This document shows, piece by piece, positions 1 through 14,320 of a DNA stretch of 64,000 nt. Source of the stretch: the human T2T-CHM13v2.0 reference genome, Homo sapiens; NCBI RefSeq assembly GCF_009914755.1, contig NC_060930.1. One strand, written 5' to 3'. The notes beneath the pieces were generated by a model. The model had not been told where the DNA came from and did no database searches. It saw nothing but the letters and a program-made list of their open reading frames with translations. The translations under genes were made by a program, and so were the position numbers. The number at the start of each line of letters is the position of its first letter. Position 1 is the stretch's first letter.

Positions 1-179
1 AAAAAGACTCAGAGGGTAGGCTGGGAAAGTCAGAAACAGAAAGCTCAGTACAAGTCCACACTATGGTAGAGCTGCCAGAAGACTAAAGTGATCTTAAGGG
101 GCTTTAGTCCAAGTGGACACGTAGGAGGAGAGGAAGCAGTCTGCCCAGTTCTGTGTGGGTCAACTACCTAGGAGCCCTC

Positions 180-1008
180 ACGACTATCTTCTCTTCTCTT
201 ACATAACTCTCTCCCTTTTGGTGATAACCTTCAAGCACCTCTATTTAAATCCCATCTCTGTGCGGATAATTCTCACAAGTTTATCTCCAACCCAGACCTC
301 CACTCATGTGGCGATGGGCAGCTCGAACTTGATAGATCCAAAGCTGAACTCCTTATCATCCCCCATCAACCTGCTCCTCACTCCCTATACCCACTCTTCT
401 CAGCTCAGTAAATGGTGACTCAGGCTGAAAGTCTTGCAGTTATCCTTGACACCACTTTTTTCCTTCACAACCCACTTCTGATTCACTAGCAAATCTTATC
501 AGCTCTAGCTTCAAATTATATCCAGAATTCAACTGTTTCTCACAGATTCCACTGCTATGCCAGTCCACATGCCACCATCATGTCTTGCCTACATTGTTGT
601 GGTAGTCTCCTAACTGGTCCTCCTGCTTCACTTTCTATCTAATCAACACCAGCACTAGCAACCGGAGTGTTTCTGCTAAAAGCAATATCAAGTCACTCCT
701 CTGCTCCAAATGTTCCAACAGTTCCTCATTGCTCTCAGGTTCATAGCCAAAGTTCTTAATGATCTAACCCCACTGTGACTTCATCTCCTAATTCTGCTCT
801 AGCTTTTCCTTTTCCACCACACTAGCCTCCTTACTATTTTGTTTTCATTTTCTTAACATACCAGCCTTGCCCCACCTCAAGGCCTTTGAACTTGCTCTTT
901 CGTCTGCCTGGAACTCTCTTTCTCCAAATATCCACAAACTCATTCCTTCATGTTCCTAAGTCTTTACTTAAGACTTATCTCCTCAGTGAGGCATTCCTAG
1001 GTCACCTT
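180..1008 (+). mobile_element. LINE-2 (L2) 3' region, degenerate
   Basis: Typical L2 phrases: 'tctcctaactggtcctcctgcttc', 'cctcaaggcctttgaacttgctc...tctgcctggaactctcttt', 'ctcctcagtgaggcattcc'. Truncated near 1008. Confidence 0.8.
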
Positions 1009-1099
1009 AGGATTTGTTTAAAGGGACAAAAAAGATCATTTAAGTGATCACCAACAAGAATATGGGCATATTGGATATTTTTTAGTCAATGACAGAACT

Positions 1100-1410
1100 T
1101 CAAGTCATACCGGACAAAGGAAGGAAGAATGAAATGCAGATGCTCAGCCTGGAGAAGAGGAAACATGCAGAAGAGGCAAATGGAGATTGGTTTGACGTGG
1201 TAGAAAGCTTCAAACTTTTCATAGCTGTATTATGAACGGGCTTATCCTATTTTGTTTGTATTTCTAAGTTACCAATTGGCATAAATAAATGGAAACTACA
1301 GGAAGACAAATTTCAACTCAATTCAGGATCTTTTACATAGTCCAAGCTTTCCAATGATATCCTGGGATCCACTGAAGGAGAAGTTTCTCCTTCTTGAAGG
1401 CTTAGAATGA
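1100..1410 (+). mobile_element. L3/CR1-like LINE 3' fragment, very old
   Basis: 'ctcagcctggagaagagg' and 'ggaaactacaggaagacaaatttcaactcaatt' resemble the L3 3' end. Confidence 0.5.
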
Positions 1411-1469
1411 GTGAAAAAGTCATAGAGATGATGGTCACACTAGATACACAATTTTATGCCGGTCTATGA

Positions 1470-1894
<425 letters not shown>

Positions 1895-2047
1895 TAAATT
1901 TGATTTAGTAATGTTTCCAGTTTTCTAAATCAGTTTAAAATGTTTAAGACCTATAAATATTTCATTCTATTTGAAAATTCCAATTGTCATCTCTCAATTT
2001 TCTATACTAATTTTTATGCCCCTCCTTCCTCTCCTTCTTTCTCCCCA

Positions 2048-2049
<2 letters not shown>

Positions 2050-2081
<32 letters not shown>
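2050..2081. repeat. (CA)n microsatellite
   Basis: Pure AC run of about 16 units. Confidence 0.97.
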
Positions 2082-2083
<2 letters not shown>

Positions 2084-2319
2084 AAGTTCTAATCACTATA
2101 AGCACTACTAGCTCTGATTTTTCTAGAATGTCCTCAACATTTGCTGAGATTCAAGTTAGAAACAGAGGACAAAGGATGCTGCTGGAATATCTCTTGTTTA
2201 AAAAAAAAAAAGCATTGCAGACTTGGAAAGAGTAGTATAGTCATCTAACTTCCTTTCAAAACATAAAATTCCAAGTTAATACCTTCTCTGTCAATAGAAA
2301 AGGATCACCACGTGTGAAG

Positions 2320-2420
2320 TAAACCCTAGATTGCAAAGGCAGAGACATGATTCTTTTGTATATTCCCACAAGACAAAGTGTAATGCCTTAATTGTAACTG
2401 GTACTCAATAAATGTCGACT
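2320..2420 (+). mobile_element. L2 3' terminus fragment
   Basis: 'ggcagagacatgattcttttgtatattccc...ggtactcaataaatgt' matches the L2 terminal motif. Confidence 0.6.
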
Positions 2421-3819
2421 GCCAAATATATACTTCCCTGAAAACCTGGCAGAATATGCATTAGAAAACCTTGAGCTTATCCTAGCTTCTTTACTTTTTA
2501 AAGTTCCAAAGGCTTTGTTTAAAGGGACATAAAAGATCATTTAAATAAACCAACTTATTAATAATCATGCTATGAATGGATCTCATAGGATTAGAACTGT
2601 TTTACTTCATTTAGATTGCTTTTCATAGATATGGCTTTGCTGTCTACTTTTCTTGATTACAGTTCCATATCTAACACATTCATCAGCTGAGTGCTTCATC
2701 CTTTTCCTTAGGTCTTGGTAAAATTGAACTAATTCCCATTCCATATCCTATTGAGAGTCTAATGCAAACTTTAAGAGGGGCAGGGGTGAGGTAGGGATGT
2801 GTATTTGGTTTGGGAAGGGTAGGTTCTCATGCTCCATCTGGCTCCAAAACCTAGCTAAATTAACTCAGTATCTCCACAAACTGTTCCTGTTCTGCACAAT
2901 ATCAATCTACCATATGAGTAATATAGCCCCTTTCCTTGATTTCCACCAAAAACAAAAATAAAAGAAACAAAAAGGAGCATTCCAAAATCCTTTGTATGTA
3001 AAGCAGACTTTACAAAAGTTTTGGAAAGACAGAAGCAACATACACACACACAACACACACACACTCCTCTAAATAAGAATATAAAATATTCCCATTCTTC
3101 TATGTCTCTTTCCACTGTAAGTTCCAGCTCCCAGAAAGTTCTATCTATCTTCCTGCTTTTTCTTCACCCAAAAATCCTTTCTTATGTCTTACACACAGCA
3201 GTATGGCAATATTAACATTTCTTAGAAATACAGTGAAAAAATCTTGAGTCATCTTTGACATTTCCTTTTCTTGCATCCCCTATAACTTAACTGTCCCTAA
3301 ATCTACTTTTGTCCTTTAGTTGTCACTTGGAATGATCTCCCTAGATTCCCACCATCTCATCCCTAGACCAGCCCTATATCTTTCCAAGTTAATTTCATAA
3401 CACAGACCTCCACAACTCACAGAAAGCCCAGCTACTATCTGTACTAGACACAACTTCTGTCTCACCTTTTCTCTTGTTATGTTCACATTCTGTAGCACTC
3501 TCCTGTAAATCCCTTGTTTATTCAAATCCTACCCATGGTTGAAGACCACCCGCTAATCCCATACCCATGTTGAAGACTTCAAGCCCAAATTTCTCTCTTC
3601 CTTTGCCAAATTATTGTTTAGACAGCAGTTAAAAACCTAATCACTTTCAAGTATGCTTTTTGTATGTTTGTTTCTTTTCTGTTTCCCAAATCTGACTTGG
3701 ATACACAAGAATGCAGAAAATTGTCTTATGTTTAATCGCGTCCTCTTACAGCCAAGCTCAGGTCTGGACAAACAAGGGCTACTTTAGTTTATTGAACAAG
3801 ATCACGTAATGGTTATGAA

Positions 3820-4110
3820 TGCAGTCTGAGGAAGACTATCACTTACTTGCCATAGGATCTCAGGGCAAATTTCTTAACTTCTCTAGGCTTTGGTTTCCTT
3901 GTCTGCAAAATGAGGATAATGTGAGTGACAAGTGTCATGAGGAAATCAAATTTGATAATGCACATAAAGCATAATGTCTGTGACATTTCAGTCTGGCCAC
4001 TTTTAAGGATCAACTGGAAAGAGCATTTGAGCTCATCTACTCTAACACCTTCATTTTGCAAATAGGAATATTAAGTCCCAGGGAGATTAATTAAACTGGA
4101 AGACTAGAGT
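3820..4110. mobile_element. MIR fragments (two, opposite orientation)
   Basis: MIR cores 'cttaacttctctaggctttggtttccttgtctgcaaaatgaggataat' and 'ttcattttgcaaataggaatattaagtcccagggagattaa'. Confidence 0.6.
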
Positions 4111-5381
4111 CTGCTTCTAAGGGAATCTGTTGGTGACTTTCTCAAGGTCCTTCCTGGCTTGGGGCAGATGGAGGACTAGAGTCCCTCCAATTCCTCCCAT
4201 CTCCCTCAGCCCGATGTCCTTTCTACAGCATTCTGATGCCACCAGAATTAATTTTGGAGGTTAGAAAACCTTCAAGTGATTGAGAAAACTCTAAGTCAGT
4301 GGTTGTACTTGAGGTATTATTAGATTCTAGAGGACAGCTTTTAAGACACCTTTAGATTGTTATGATAACAAATTAATTTTAAAATCAATAAAGAATTAAA
4401 AGATGTTATCTGTGATTCTAAACAGCAAGAGGATGCTGCTGAATCATTTCTTTCCCTTAGCAGAAAACAAAGTTGATTGTAATATTTATACCCTCAATGC
4501 TCTTATACCTAAAAAACCTCTATCGTAAGCTTTTAAAAGTATGTGTGTGTATGTGTACATATTCGAATAAGTCCACACAAGTGTGTGCACATGAGCATAT
4601 GCATCTGTTGATTGAGGCGGGAAAAGAAATCTACATGACCTTAGAATTGGAGAGGCTCCCTAAGATAGACTGGGAAAATCCAGGCAGAATCTCCAACAGA
4701 AGAACCTCCTGTGGCTCACCTTTCACCTGAAAGAATTTCAGAGACAATGGGTGACTTCAAGAGACCATCAGGGAACAAATTCTCCTATAGCACAATCTGT
4801 AATGACTAAGCCCCATCAGTCAGCGCACAATGGGGCTTTTTAGTATCTGCTTACATCCAGCTCTATTGTCCCTGCCATCTGTGACCAGCCTTCCTTCTCC
4901 CCACCTGAACACATGCCTTCTCATATACACAAGTACAGGCATACACCTCAGGGATAACCACTCTCCTTGTAGAAACTGTACAATGTTTGCTAAAGCATAG
5001 TCCCACTGGGAGTTGACTCAATTCCTGGGAAATCCAAGGGATTGTAAACAAAATAGAACCTATTTCTACTAGGACTGAACTAACTGAAAAATTTTGGAAA
5101 CTAGAATTTGCTGAATACTTCCCATGCTCCATCTACTCTTCTAAGGATTTCCATGAACAGTATTGTTACTTTTGTCATATTTACAACTCTATACCAACTC
5201 CTCAAATAACACCCAGTAGATACTAAAACAATATTTAGTGAATGAATTCACCCAAGATCACACAGTAAGTGGTAAAACAAGAAATCAAACTAGGATGTAA
5301 CTGACTCCAAAGACCATACTCTTTAGCCACTAAACTGCGCCATCTTCAACCCTACGCTACTTCCCCTGAGAAGTGTACTTC

Positions 5382-5780
5382 TTGTTATGAACTGAATGTT
5401 TGCATCCCACCAAAATTTATATATTCAAGCTTTAACCCCCAGCATGACTGTATTTGAAGATGGGGCCTCAAAGGAAGTCATCGAGGTTAAATGAAGCCAT
5501 AAGGGTAGGGCCCTGATGTAATAGGATTAGCATCATTATAAGAAGAGACACCAGAGTGTGCACTCTCTCCCAACAAGCATACACTGAGAAAAGGCCATAT
5601 GAGGACATAGGAAGGCGGTAGTTGTATGTAAGCCAGGAAGAGAGCCCTCACCAGAAACGGAATTGGCTAGAACCCTGATCTTGGACTTTGAGCCTCCAGA
5701 ACTGTGAGAAAACAAATTTCTGATATTTAAGCCACCTAGTCTATGGCATTTTGTTGTGGCAGTCTGAGCAGACTAATATA
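5382..5780 (+). mobile_element. MaLR solo LTR, MLT1A/B-like
   Basis: Starts 'tgttatgaactgaatgtttgcatcccaccaaaattt', contains 'gatcttggactttgagcctccagaactgtgagaa', ends 'gcagactaata'. Confidence 0.9.
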
Positions 5781-6914
5781 CTTTTAATACTAAAATTTCC
5801 CCAGCTCTGGGTTATATATAATTCTTGTGATCTGAGTTGTTCTTGTGCACGCCAGGGTATGTGCCACAAGGAAAAATAAATATGTTTCAAATGAAAAGTA
5901 TAGGAAACAAAAGACCACCACCCATTTTAATACATAATTGTATGCAGAACCCCAGCATACTTAAAAAGAAAAAAAAACCCTGTTTTTCTGTCAAGTTCTA
6001 CCCATACCCCCCAAGCAGAAACTTTAATAGGAAACAAAGGTGGGGATATCACATAATATGTAGTTATTACATATTCAAAATAGTTATTAGAACATATTGA
6101 TGTAGGAATGACTCATAATTCAGATGTGTGAAAGCTCAATATCGAAACAGCAGTATTCTTTTTTACCTCAAGCATTCTTCTTTATTTCTACATAGTATAT
6201 AACAGAATCTACAAAGAAACATTTATAGCCACACAGCAGAGCATGGAGTTGAGTGAGAGCCCGGAGTCCTATAAAAATGCTGGAGACTTTTCCCTGGAAT
6301 CTTGGAATCCTGGACAGCTCCAGAAACTGTCCAGAGCTCCTGAGTAGTGATCTCACAGCTCTCTGATGGCCACAGTAGGAAACAGGGTGAAGTCAGACCC
6401 CTCTGAAAGCCTTTCAGAATGGTCTCCACCTCAGCAAAAATATTTGAAAGGCAGGTAGCCATAATCTGGCACTCTAGTGGAAAGACTGCCTGTAGTCTGC
6501 TGGTGTGAGCCACCGCACAGCCTGCTGTATGGCTATTAGGCTCGAAATTGTTTACCACTATGTCCCTGAAACCAAAATTACAGTAAAAACCCAGTAAATC
6601 ATCCTTTCCTGCATCAGCAACACCAGACTAATTATCTACATCACAAGAAACCTGCACCTGCGTAGAAAACCCTTCTCCACATTAAAGAACACGACAGTCT
6701 GAAATTAGGACCTCACTGAAATGTTTCATCAGGCAGACCTAGTTTTGCTATAAAGAAGCTACCACCCACAGTTATCTGAAACTTATTTATTCCTCCCCCA
6801 AATTGCCGGCTGGCCATAATACAGTCATCACTTTCATGTAAAAGGTTTTCAGCACAATAGAGCTCACTCCTATGCATCATCTGAAGCAATATAAGCTAAA
6901 TAGCCACAAGCCTG

Positions 6915-7030
6915 TAGAATGTTAAGAGGTGAGAGGCAATAGATATCATCCAGTTCAACTCCTTCATTTTAGAGATGAGACAACTGAAGTCCAGAGAGTC
7001 AAAATAACTTAATAAAGTTCACACAAGTGA
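6915..7030 (-). mobile_element. MIR fragment
   Basis: 'tcattttagagatgagacaactgaagtccagagag...aagttcacaca'. Confidence 0.7.
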
Positions 7031-7944
7031 GTGAATGCATTCTATTTCTCTAGTAATTTTCTTTTTTGTACAAACTCCATCTCTGCCTACCTCCTTTCTC
7101 TTCTCTGTTCCTAGCCATTGTCTCACTGTAACCCCAGTAAACTACAAAGGCGGTGACATAACCTAGGCAGCTAACTTTCTGCAAGCAGATTCTCACCGGA
7201 AAACTGGCACTTGGTGCTTTGGCAGAGAATGTGATAAAGCAGGAGCAGAAAAGAGTGCACCATCTGGACAGAAGGACGCTTAGTGCCAAGTGGGCCCCAG
7301 CCACGGGGAAGAAGAAGGAAAAAGGAAGGGTGTCACCCAACTGCACACATTCATTTTCCCTTTGAGGGGATTTGTTAGTAACCATGCTATTCTGAGTGGA
7401 AGCCGTTGTAGGTGGTTCTGATGGCTGACGAATGTGTAGGCAAGGATGAAACAAGGTGAGTGGTAGCCAGGCAATTTGCAAATGATTGTGAGCCAGAAAT
7501 AGTCGGTGGTGTCTGATTACTATGTATGAATGAAGGGATACGTCTTTGAAGGGTAAAAGTATGTGTGTGTTTTCCCCCACTTACTCTCCTCTTTCTTTTT
7601 AGGAAAGTAGCAAGCACAAGATTTTCCCTGACAGTACCTAGAAAAAAATCTTATATTTAACACCACCCACTGACATTTCTCTGCTCTTGCTACATTTTAA
7701 TCATACTAATATTTTCCTATGCTGTGGCCACGTGTTCCACCTATGAAAACCATACTTGTGTACACAATGGTTTTCAAGTCAATTGGAAGCATCATAGTTG
7801 CTTCAGAGGTTCTCCTCTTAGTGATTCTAGCTTTCTATGCACAAATTGCTATCGGCAATAATATGCGTCTTAATTATGATTTTCTGTTTTTGTTATGAAG
7901 ATGGCTCTAGTGAACTATACCACATTGGAGGCATAAGTATTTTA

Positions 7945-8209
<265 letters not shown>

Positions 8210-10886
8210 TCATGCATGCTAAATTTTCAATAATACATCCACAATACATCATCTCCATTGTTTGGCATTTTAGAGTTTACAAAGCACAACACATATATCG
8301 TGATATACTATTTTAACAAGAGTAATCTGATGTTGGTACTTATTCCTACTTTATAGAAATGCTCATAGGCTTGCTAAACAGAACTCAGCCCCTGAGACGC
8401 ACTGTGGCAGGTGGAACAAGCCCTGACTCTAGAAGCTGATTAAGGTGGATTTGGATCCTGATACCTACTGTGGCCCAGAGCAAATCAGTGGAGACCTCTT
8501 AGCCTCAATGGTAGCAACCCCTGCCTATAAGACTCACATGCTTTTAAATAAGATAAATGATGGGAAGATGCTTGGCATAGTGTGGGGGCACCTGTCCATT
8601 TCTCTTTCCTTTCTCAACTAACTCCAAGTCTCATGCTTTTCTATTACACAATAATGCCTTCTTGTTCCTCCTTTTTTATCCTCCTATGACCAGTGAGACA
8701 CACTCTAAGACAGCTGTATGAGATGAGAATAAAACCTATGGTGAGAACACAAGCATGTGAATAGTAAATATAAGGGGGAAAACTATTCTTCAGAATTGAG
8801 CTAACTGGCCTGATCAACACTGTCATGAATGTGAAAAACGGAGGGTACATATCAATCTTTAATGTATTGCAGCTGTTATCTCCTAAACTAAATATGTTCA
8901 CTTTCCTTTAGAAAAAAAAAGAGGGAGAGTAGAGGGCTTTTAGCCCTGTACAGTAAGTCACCAGAATATTTCTTCTTTTTTACAATGATTTAAATTCATA
9001 TTTAGTAAAAAGTAGGCTACTCATAACAAAAATGTCAGCCTAATAAGCTTCTTCTGAAATGATTTTTATTTTATTTTTCTCTGCAGTAGTATAAAATCTA
9101 ATGACCAAGCGAAAAACAAATGCATCTGGTACAGCTGATGCATTCAAAGTCTGTGCAAGCTGGAATGACGGCCTCCAGGCAAAACTGTCAGTACTTGGAG
9201 TATCCTCCCTGTTCATCAGGATTCAACCTCTGTGACATAAAATTTGATGCCTTCCATAGGTAATTCTTCTGTCAAGGAGAAGTCACTGCATCCCTGATGT
9301 TAGGAATCCATTTGTTAGATTGTGTCTTTCTTTGAATACCACCAAGGCTGAATGACCTCATAATTTCATTACTCTTCAGCACAGCCCAAGTGCAATTCAT
9401 AAACTGCAGGCAGAAAGATTTCCTCCTCTTGGGAGAGGTTGCTTCTGCCCACCCTTAGTATTTCTTTCCATATGGACGGTGCTGCCCTCATGGGGCACTC
9501 CTGGCCTCTCTTCTCCTCTTCACTCCCTCAAGGGAGAAAAATATCAATCCCATTGTTTTTTAGGAGAAATTTTGAAAGCATAGTCCAGCCCCACTCCTCC
9601 CATTTTCTCTTCAAGAACTGGCCATCTCACTCCATAGCCTAGACTTTGGCAGCCCTAGACTACAGGGGCACAAGAACTGGCATTTAACCATGTAATTCCA
9701 ATATTTTATCCAAAGGTTACCATGAGCTTTATAGCTGTAGTATTAGCAGTATCTAATTTTTGAAGGGGAGAAAAGTACTCAATATTTAATATATCTTCTT
9801 ACATATTTATTTCATTGAATAACACCTACTATTTCAACTCCAAAATAGAAAGTCCTGATAGGGAAAAGGCCACCAATTAGAATATTTTTAATTTTTAAAA
9901 CACATTCACAATATAGCTGCCCTTGGTAAATATATTTATATTTCACTCATCATTATATAGAGATAGATGGGAATTTTGTCTATGGGATTTGAATTTCTAC
10001 AAATCAAGAAGTCAGATTTTTTGTTTCAATTCTAACTGCCCAGCTGATGTTAATTAAATACAGAGTGAGAGCATTTAAATATCAACCATAAGAAATACAG
10101 TTCATTGGTAATCATTTACAAATTTTTGAATGAATATTAAGGTTAAACTTCCAAAGAAATATTTACAAAGCAAAAGAAGTGAGTCACTTTAGAAACCTTT
10201 TCATCCCCCTCATGCCTAATACCCAAAATATCCCAGGTGCATGGGTATTATGAAATACATTACTGTAAGCCCAGCACATCAGGCAATGAAAAAAACTAGG
10301 CCAGAAATGTTCCCATATGTTTAGGCACCAGCTGTTTTTCATGGGTGGCTGGTGGACATTTCCCTTCCTAGCCCTGGAAAATCACCCTAAATCCAGATCA
10401 TCTAATCAGCTTCTGCCAAGCTGTCTGCAGGACCTCGGAGGCCACTGGGCTCTGTCCACACTGCTCTTCCTGAATCATTGAACTTTTCTGTGCTCATTGA
10501 ACTTTTCCCTACAAGGTCATTCTCCCTAATCTTTAACCATCTTTTAGGCATTGTAAGAAACCTTTCCCACATCTCTGTGAATTCCACTTTAGAGTCTCAT
10601 CTAATTTCCTCCATTTAGGCAGAAAATGTGGAACTTTATTATAGCTTAAAAAAGAAGGGGAAAAACAATGTCTCCCTCATTCTTTTGGAGTATGTAGTTA
10701 TGAGGTGTTGCACAGATGTAAAGAACATAGCTGGTTGACTAGCATATATCTCAACACTTTGCAAAGAAATTGATTAAGGAAAATGCCGTTAATTCAGACC
10801 TTACTTTGTCAGAAATGTTAAAGGGTTTATAGCCTAAGTTTACCTTTATGCTATCTATTTACACACATGCTTTCCACATGTTGATA

Positions 10887-11346
<460 letters not shown>

Positions 11347-11613
11347 AGAATTAATGTCCTTATAAGCAGAGACACTAGAGAGCTCTCTCCCTCTTTCTCT
11401 GTCTCTCTGGAAGCACACAAAAAACGGTTTCTCAGAAAATGCAGAGAAAAGGCAGCCAACTACAAGCCAAAAGAAGAAACCTTAGAATGAAACCCACCTT
11501 GCCAGCACCTTGATCTTGGAATTCTTAGCCTGCAGAATGGGGATAAATAAATTTCTGTTGTTTAAGCCACTCGGTTTATGATATTTTGTTATGGCAGTTC
11601 AAGAAGATTAATA
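11347..11613 (+). mobile_element. MaLR LTR 3' portion (MLT1A-like)
   Basis: 'gtccttataagcagagacactagagagctctctc...cagcaccttgatcttgga...ataaatttctgttgtttaagccac'. Confidence 0.85.
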
Positions 11614-11705
11614 TGCTACCCTACCTTCATAATTGCAATAAAGAAAAATATACCTGAAAATATATTAATAAAATATACCTTAATTGCTCTTGTCATGACC
11701 TAATG

Positions 11706-11992
11706 CAGACTGCCTCTGACTTACTACGGCTTGACTTCAGATTTTTCGACTTTACAATGGAGTTGAAAGCCTTACACATTCAGTAGAAATTGTACATCAG
11801 GTACTCATGCAGCCATACTGTTTTTCACTTTCAGTAGAGTATTCAATAAATCACATGAGATATTCAATATTTTATAATAAAATAGGTTTTGTGTTAGATG
11901 ATTTTGCCCAAGCATTAAATGCATTTTTACTTACATTTCAACTTACAATGGGTTATTGGGACATTGCCCCATCATAAGTTGAGGGGAATCTG
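11706..11992 (-). mobile_element. MER47A-like TcMar-Tigger MITE with an internal deletion
   Basis: Termini 'cagactgcctctgacttac' and 'cataagttgaggggaatctg'. Internal 'gttttgtgttagatgattttgccca' and 'ttcaataaatcacatgagatattcaa'. Confidence 0.85.
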
Positions 11993-12029
11993 TTACATTT
12001 CTGCTCTTGGTGTGTTTCCCATTTAGAGA

Positions 12030-12140
12030 GGAGGGAAAGTGAGAGCAAGGACTTTGTCTTATGCATCACTGAATCCACAGCACACACAGCAGTGCCTGAC
12101 ACAATGTAAATACTAAGCTGACATTTGCTAAACAAATAAA
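12030..12140 (+). mobile_element. L2 3' terminus
   Basis: 'gagagcaaggactttgtctt...cagtgcctgacacaatgta'. Confidence 0.7.
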
Positions 12141-13429
12141 TGTTAGGTAAATGAATTTTAAAGTAATATTAAGCCTGATGTTTTCTGTTATGTGGGTATC
12201 TCATCTGAAATGGCAAGATTTCTCTGAAGCAAGATCAGAGAAAATGTATTTTATGTGTTTCCTAGTTTGTAGTCATGAGACACAGAAAAAATACGAAACC
12301 TACTTCTCTAGTGTCCAAAATAGAGCATACCACCACCACCTGTGATATTGAAGTAAAGAATAAACAAAGAAAAAAGAGCAAAAGGGAAGCATGAAGGCTT
12401 CATAAGCAAACAGGGAAGCCATTCTAATTTAAAATTATTTTGATAATGTATATAATACACTAGATGGCATGAGAAATGAGAACACAAAAATGCACCATTG
12501 CTTGTTATTTTGGAGGGGAGGACAGTTGCATTTGCTCTTGTAATTGTCAAATGTGTTCCTCTTGTGCTGCAAGGATCCATCATAGCCAGCTAGAGACTGG
12601 GGGCTGGCAGTTCTATTGATAGACTTGAGCACACACTGCAGTCTGTCAAGTCTCACATTTACATCTTAGGATCTAATCTGTTTTTCCTTCCTTCATGAAA
12701 TCAATTCTGTAGCAATTAAATAACCAGCCCACAAGGCATTTTAATATCCCAAGCATTTATCTATATATAGCCCAGAAAGGAAAAGGTAATTAGAAGTGAC
12801 TTACTATCACCGGTGCTGGGGGACACATTAGAAAAATCAGTGCTTCATCATTACTTTAAAGAGGTACCTCTAAATCTACTTCATTTGTGATTCAGTCCTC
12901 CTCTGTGACATGCTGCTGAGTCCTTTGATTCCTAGAGGACAGAGACTTTTAAATGGTTGTCATTATATGGGATTTTATTTCATTTTCTGTCAATTTCAGG
13001 CAGCACTGAAATAGACTGTTTTTAGCTGTGGGATGGTATCATCACATGCACACAGCATTGGTTCAAGTAAGTTTTGAAAGATGTGAAAAGGCTCAAAGAA
13101 AATGACTTTCCATGTCCTCATCCATTTGAGTGTTTTAAGCTGAGTCTTATAGGTTAGAATTTCTTGAGGAGTGATTTACGGGAAAAAGAAAGCAAGGAAT
13201 TTCCAAAAGATCCAAGCAAATTTTATTGGTCTTCTCTTTGAAAACTGAATTTACCTTTCAGATCAATAGCCTGAACATATGAGGAAGTTATGGCAGAGAC
13301 TAATGAGCATAGAATTTACCTTGGAAAGACCAACCGTAATTCCTGGTACTGCCTCTTCCAGCTACTAGTAAACCCCTGCAACTAGATTTCCTCATTTACA
13401 TAATGGTAATAAAATACCCTTGGTGGTTA

Positions 13430-14009
13430 TTAGATGCACATCTCTTTCCATATTAGCAACTGAAATTGAGGTGCATATCACCATGCATGGTTGCTTTCAA
13501 TACTCCACATCAGTGTTTGGGACCAAGTTGCTGCTTAGGGCTGCCCTGGTATTCCAGAAGTATAAAGCTAAGGAATTGCTAAGGTGAGAACTTGGTAATG
13601 TCTCTGTCACCACCTCCAGAGTTCTTCCTAGCTATATGCATAGTCTCTGTTTCAAGCCATCTCTCTGCTGAACCTGGGTATGGAAGCCTCCAGACTGAGA
13701 ACTCAGGAATTTAATGTGGGATGTAGCAACAAGGTAAATTTCCTTGATCTATTACCTAGTTCTTTTACCTATTTGCTATAATAATGCACCTATTTGAGGC
13801 ACTTCAAGTCATAAGTCACATGGAATAATTAGGGAATTCATCTATGGCTGAAGGGAAGATTCAAAGCACATTTATAAGAGGCATAAAATAAATTTTATAA
13901 GTGACTCAAAGTATTTTGTCATGGTTAAGTAGAATTATTTTTTGCTTTCATAGTGGTACATTTTTAAAGGTGCATTTATAAGCTATGGCATGTAAGATTC
14001 ATGAAACAG
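13430..14009 (+). mobile_element. TcMar-Tc2 DNA transposon relic (Kanga/MER104-type ends) nested in a MIR
   Basis: Left end 'agatgcacat...ctgaaattgaggtgcat' and right end 'ttcatagtggtaca...ggtgcatt...atggcatgtaagattcatgaaa' resemble MER104 termini. MIR sequence lies on both flanks (13290-13425 and 14010-14095). Confidence 0.6.
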
Positions 14010-14180
14010 TACCTGCGGCAAGGTCAGATGAGACCATGTGGGTAAAATGGTTTATAAATGACAAAAGTCAGTACAAATGAAAAATATGATAATAATACTC
14101 TGCCAGGAATCAGTTGAAGGAAAACCACTCCATAAACGTATTTTGTGGTTTATAAATTATGACTCAATAAAAAATAATAA

Positions 14181-14320
14181 GCCAGGCATGGTAGCATGTG
14201 CTAATAGTCTCAACTACTCAGGAGGCTGAGGCAGGAGGATCACTTGAGGCCAAGAGTTTAAGACCAGCCTGGGCAACACAGCAAAACTCTACCTCTAAAA
14301 AATTTAAATAAATAAAAAAT
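14181..14320 (+). mobile_element. Alu monomer (FLAM-like)
   Basis: Single monomer with A-rich tail; flanking repeat 'aaaaaataata'. Confidence 0.9.

Noticed and set aside
7050-7580. Longest ORF in the track (176 aa, minus strand)
   Set aside because: Non-ATG start, no recognisable domain and no supporting splice architecture; consistent with chance.
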